Shown here: positions 35,395-40,748 of the stretch, piece after piece
How positions within the stretch are numbered: position 1 is the stretch's first letter
How the letters are laid out: every line of letters begins with the position of its first letter
Origin: Catajapyx aquilonaris
Lineage: Eukaryota
Direction: 5' to 3'
NCBI GenBank assembly: GCA_000934665.2
Contig: JYFJ02003500.1
Coordinates: 1-40,748, forward strand
DNA: 40,748 bases
The notes under the pieces: model-generated
Told to the model about the DNA's origin: nothing
Seen by the model: only the letters and a program-made list of their open reading frames with translations
Database searches by the model: none
Program-made: the position numbers and the translations under genes

Positions 35395-38300
35395 TCAAGT
35401 TTCCTTAACTGCAGTCAGCTCGACCTCAGGTTCCAATGTGAGAACACGCTCCCGGTAGTTCCTCACCAGCTCAGTATTCTCATTCACAACATTTCTGAAC
35501 TCTCTGTGCTGCTCAGACAGCTCTTGCAGGCTACCGTGATAGCTCTTGGTACCCTTGTCATTGCAATTATCCCTGCATACCTGTACTTCATCATTGCTGC
35601 TGGAGACCCTGGTTGTGTCAAGGTTCTCTTGCAGTTTGCCTGCAGCTTTTTTATACTTGTCCTGCACATCATCTAATGAAGATTTGAACTTCATTACGCA
35701 TGCTCCACAGGTAGAAATGTTTGTCTTGAGCCTTTCAACTTGCAGGAAGACTTCCTTGGCCATCTTGTACCAATTAGCAAAAACTTCTGCCAATTGGTTC
35801 GTAGCTGCCTGACACTCTGACCCCAGTGTCCGCAGATCTCCACAAGCTTTGGCCAGCATTTTCTTATCCAGCTTATAATGATGAAGGTCATCTCTCAATG
35901 CCAGGGAGTTGAGGACACAGTAACATAGTTGTTTCCAAAAGTCTCCCACTTTGGCAATGAAAGTGGCTGCCTTTCTAGGGGATGAGGATATGTCTGGGAT
36001 GGCTGTTCTTGCAGACTCCCAGTCTGTTGTTAACACCTGGAAAAACCAATATGTCACTAGAGGTTAAAGAGAATCCCATGTTTGCACCACATGAGGTCAT
36101 CCAGGTTGCAATTCACAATGGCAAAGAAATACACTGCCAGGTAGGTTTACACAGTATATGATCAGACATACACAATAATAATGCACAAGTAACTCTGATG
36201 CAAAGATCAAAATGAGATGATGTATTGCGTAAAATGGTAGAAATGTCACACCTTACCTGAACACTTATGTACTTCTGGTGCAGCTGAGATACTTTGTGCG
36301 CCAATGTGGAGAGCTGCTGGTTGAGCTCTTCGAACTCTATTTGACACTTTTCCAAGGCAGAGCAGAACTGCCCATATAGCACACCCTTCGTAAGGACTGG
36401 TAGTGCAGCACTGGTCTTCTGGCAGGCTAGGAGGGTTTGCAAGTGCTGTCCAAGGCAGTATGTCACACGCTGCTCCTGCTGGCTCTCAGCGTACACCTGA
36501 TGCAGCAAGGTGGTCACCACCTGGACTAAGGTGTGCTGGGAACGTGCAACCAGGGCTGTGGCTGTGGCCAAGCGCTCCATTCTCCTCTTGTGGACGTGGG
36601 CCGCACTACAGGTACATCTGGCCAGGTTGGCATCATCCTCTGCTGATGTGTCTTGTGGTAAGGTACGGAACTCAGGTGCATCTGGCATGCCAGTGTTTGG
36701 GGTCTCCAGAAGTATGTTGTTGTTCTCCCAGTCGAATAGGACAATTGGATCAGAGGGGGTAGTTTCAGGTATGGGGCTGTCTTCTCTCAAAGCTGATTCA
36801 TGGAACAGGTGGACTTGATCGTCTGGTGCAAGGCCAGTTTGCTCCAGGACCAGGCGTTGCAGCTCATGAAAACCATCACTGTTGTGGGTATACACCAACA
36901 AAGGTGCCAGCTTGTTCACGTAGAAAATGCAGACTGCCTTTCTTGACAGCACAGCTGTTACCTGGTTGCGATAAATGTATTAATTACTAATGCAGAACCT
37001 CATGTGAGTATATCTTGGTTATTTTACCAATTACCAGCATGACCCACGTAAAACTGATGCAGATAACTTAATTATTTTGTCAAAGGAAATTAAATACATG
37101 AGAGTCATATTTAAAATCTTAACTTGAAATGTGCAGAATGGAAAGTCACTTACTGCATACAATTTGACAACAGGATGTGATTTAAATTACTGACCTCTCC
37201 ATGAATATGGATGGAAGACTGATGCTACCATAAAAATCGAACTATACCCTTAAAACTCCACGTCAACCACTGAATTGTATATCGGAGAGAGTATCATATT
37301 TTAATAAAATTTAATATTGTAAATTTAATATGCATTTAATATTTTCAAACAGCAGATACCTGAAACCTCACAGTCAGAGATACATGGGAAGTACTACTCT
37401 ATAATTATTAGGTCTACAAAACTTCTTTGATATACCTCTTGCGATTTGTCATGTTTGTGAACATAGGACATAGTATATAGTACATAATTATTATGTAGTG
37501 CATAAAGTTGCATGGCCAGTCAGCCGAGCATGCAGCATATACAGTACTTCAAGGAGCAAAAAGTAGCCCAGATCCATGTCAGGGGTCATGTAATTTCTGA
37601 GTCAATGCTGTTGGCTCCCTGATGTTTGCCAGTCAAGAAGCAGTTCATTCCACACAGAGCACTTTCACATCTCTTTTGCAGGGATTAAACAGGACGTAAG
37701 ATCACTTGAGAAATTTCCCCCAATATGGATCTGAGCTAATTTTTGAACCATACAGGTATATTGTGTAGCAGAAAAAAAGTAGCTACATTTAGCTAGCCAA
37801 TAAGATTTTTTAATACTCTGCATCCTATATCATCAACGGCATTCAAGCACAATCCACCAAGTCCAAAAAAATCAGTTTCGAGATAATAATCGAAGGAAAA
37901 TATTATTTTGACCTGCACTTGTTTACATTCTAGTGAAGACTGAAAATCCTGGCTATCTCTGGCTAGTTATGAATTTTTGTGACTAAATGGGCTTCACCAT
38001 TAAGAATTATTATTACTGAAGATATGGTGACAGCAGAAAAATCCTACTTTGTGGTGGAAATAACTCAAAACTCCCTAAGTGGACTTTGTTGATTTCTCTT
38101 CTACTGGTATACATGCAGTATGCAAAGCAGCAAACCTCATTGAAGAACTTGTCAAATGTCCACATCTTGTGCGGGTCAACCTCCAGCAGGCCTCCCAACA
38201 GTGGTGTGACCAAGGCAGCCAGTCCTGCACTCAGATGGCAGGTGCGAGGCAGGTCCCGACTCCACTCAATGGCACCATTTTCTTCCAACTGCGTCCCAGC

Positions 38301-39056
38301 AATAACACCCGATGCCTTCTTGGACGTGATGTAGTACATGATCTCCTTATTTCGACGCCCACCATACGGCCTGAATGGCAAGTTACCAGTCGCCACTTGA
38401 TACAGAGTTACTCCAATGGACCACAAGTCCACATTGGTGCTGAAGGATTTCCCAACTCTCTTGTGCAGTACAGCATGCTCATATATGTCAGGATGCACAT
38501 ATTCCTCGGTTCCATGGAAGGAAATGAATTTCTCATCGTCATACAGCTCCCGGGCAGAGCCAAAGTCAACTAACTTGTATACAGTCGATCCGTCATCAGC
38601 TATGAATTTCATTATGTTACCAGGCTTCAGATCGCGATGAACCAAGTTGTTGTCCCTCAAATGCTTCATACCAGCTGATAAATGCTTTAACACCAGCAGG
38701 AACTCATCTTCTTGTAAGCCATATGCATTTTCTGGGTCATCTATAACATTGAACAGGCTTTTGCCACTACACAGCTCCATGACTATGACCTTTCCTTTCC
38801 CATGTTGTTGTTCTTCAATTGCCAACAGCTTGACTATATTCTCATGGTTGACTTTTTTCAGGACTTCGAACTCACGCAACTGGAGTTCCAGTGAACGCGC
38901 CTGGCATTCAGATTGAGGCTTGAAGGTCTTAACAGCAACAGGCTCTCCATTATGTCTGCTGCGTCCTGGGAACACTTTTCCACTAGAACCTTTCCCCAGC
39001 ATCGATTTGCTGTTGGTGTTCCAGATGTAATTGGCCGAACCACAGGTAGATGACAT
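35395..39056 (-). CDS. TBK1: TBK1/IKK-epsilon (ik2-like) serine/threonine kinase, ~755 aa, 3 coding exons
   Basis: Minus-strand exons 39056-38136, 36961-36257, 36036-35395 (2268 nt, all phase 0, GT-AG). Kinase motifs LGKGSSGKVF, VAVK, REFEVLKKVNHENIVKL, HRDLKPGNIM, DFGSARE, GTEEYVHPDIYE, DLWSIGVT...ATGNLPFRPYGG are characteristic of TBK1/IKKe. They are followed by a ubiquitin-like domain-like block (LVLEQTGLAPDDQVHLF) and a helical scaffold region. Confidence 0.93.
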
Positions 39057-40131
39057 GTCTGATGATAATTAATTAGATCTCCCTTTCAGTTGGATACATC
39101 TGCAGTTGTCAGATAATCAAAACTAAAAGAAAGTATGGAAGGGGATTCAATTAATAATGGTGATGATTACGACAATAATAACATATTACTCCATGAAAGA
39201 ATTTCCTCCTTAGAGCTAGGGAAACACTCCTTACAGAATTTTTAATTCAATATAGTCATGCAAGGTCTTGTATGATACATACATTATGATACATAAAAGA
39301 TTCAGTTCACCAAACATATCTACCTTACAATTTGAAATCTGCACACAGTGTTTCATGATTATTCATGCAAACTTTTGTGGTGAACTCCAAGGCACCAGAT
39401 GATTGCTTTGCGGTACCATTTGGTTCCACAGCCTTGCTTCCAAGATAATGAACATTAATCATAGAGAGTATTATACAAAGTACAAATTCCTATGTTATGG
39501 ACACAACCTATGAAACTTCTATTATCTTGAACAATGCCTGCTTGTAATAACACTAACTTGTAAGTTTGTAGTTCAAATTTTAATGCCATGGCAACACCTT
39601 TTTAAAGACGAAGGCCAGGGTATCCAGCATAATACCTACACGGCTGCAGAAACCAAATAACACCTTTCTAATAAGGGATCAAACAGATTGAAGAAACTCA
39701 CCTCCTGATACATACAAGATATTCATATACAAGTCGAAACAAGTTGATAAGATTCATCAACAGCACCGCAACAAATAATTCAAAATGACAGGCAGCCTAG
39801 AACCCACCTTCGCTGATGCACTTAGGTGCTACCCTTGTTTAGATGTGATCTGCTTGAACCAGGATTTCAGTGGATTTGACAGTCACCTTGAAATAACCTC
39901 TTTTGTGATTGATGATTATTATTAAAGTAGGTACAATCATATCTTATCATGGCGACATGGCCAGTCCCAACTTCCCCTGGAACTTTCTTGGAAGAGACAT
40001 ATCTTATCACCTCCAAGAACATTGCCCTAGCATGGACATGACCTTGTCATGTTCTTGAATGTAAGGTGTGATCACATAACAGCCTGAACCAGAAGTACTG
40101 CACTAATTGCTTCTTTGCATATCCAACTTAC

Positions 40132-40167
40132 CTTATGCAACTGACGCAAGCCAACGCCCACCACTTG
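40132..40167 (-). other. Putative 36-nt upstream (probably 5'UTR) micro-exon of the TBK1 gene
   Basis: On the - strand a long polypyrimidine tract TTTCTCTCTTCTTTGTGCTTGACAG is followed by 36 nt and a perfect donor AAG|GTAAGT. A further donor GAG|GTGAGT lies at 39702/39701 and an acceptor CTGCAG near 39100. Confidence 0.35.
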
Positions 40168-40748
40168 CTGTCAAGCACAAAGAAGAGAGAAACACACTGT
40201 CAACTGGTTGAGGAAGGTGGGTTGTGGTTGCCAACTGGGGAGGCAGAGGGGGGGGGGACTGGAAATATGAGGTCACCCTACAAGTTTAGATGCATTGTCA
40301 GCATTGATATCAGCCATTATGAGGACAGCGAGGCAGAGTCCAAGACACAATGGCTAAGAAAACTCCAGCCCCCACAGTATCAGCAGCTTGCAGTGGTGGT
40401 GGGAGATGGGGGGTATGGAAGAGGATGGGACAGGACAGGGCCCGCTAGGTGGTAGACCACATCATATCCAGATTTAAAAGTATTGCTGGTACCTTACAGT
40501 ACTGAACCAGCCAGTGTCCAGCACCATGTCAATAAGGCTTATGCCAAAACATATTATATGCTGTAAATGGTTGCCTAAATAAAATAACAACCCTGCAATA
40601 ATCCCGACATACCTATTCCGCTAATCATAATGAAGTCCTGGATTGTCATAATTACTTGCCCTGATCTGAAAATATTGGGACACCCCCAAAAAATGGAGTG
40701 GTGGGGTTATACACAGGATGTGATAAAAAGTTTCCATTAAGATTATCT

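Overview
Eukaryotic, intron-containing, AT-rich genomic DNA, most likely from an arthropod (inferred from gene content and short GT-AG introns; the species cannot be determined). Five spliced protein-coding genes were rebuilt by hand. Three are tandem + strand FLVCR/SLC49-family MFS transporter paralogs: the 3' part of one (3-1848) and two complete genes (5929-8714, 12608-16761). One is a + strand PH + PTB-like docking adaptor with a tyrosine-motif-rich tail (25266-34199). The last is a convergent - strand TBK1/IKK-epsilon kinase (39056-35395). The non-coding DNA holds several non-autonomous transposons: TA-flanked Tc1/mariner-type MITEs, a long-TIR element with a nested 5'-truncated retro-insert, a TTAA-flanked Kolobok/T2-like MITE with a 38-bp internal hairpin, and a TAA-flanked PIF/Harbinger MITE. 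There is also a (GA)n microsatellite. The most interesting observation is that all three FLVCR paralogs replace the TM7 aromatic FY pair of the choline-binding site with SN, which suggests altered substrate specificity. No prokaryotic systems (CRISPR etc.), tRNA or rRNA were recognised.
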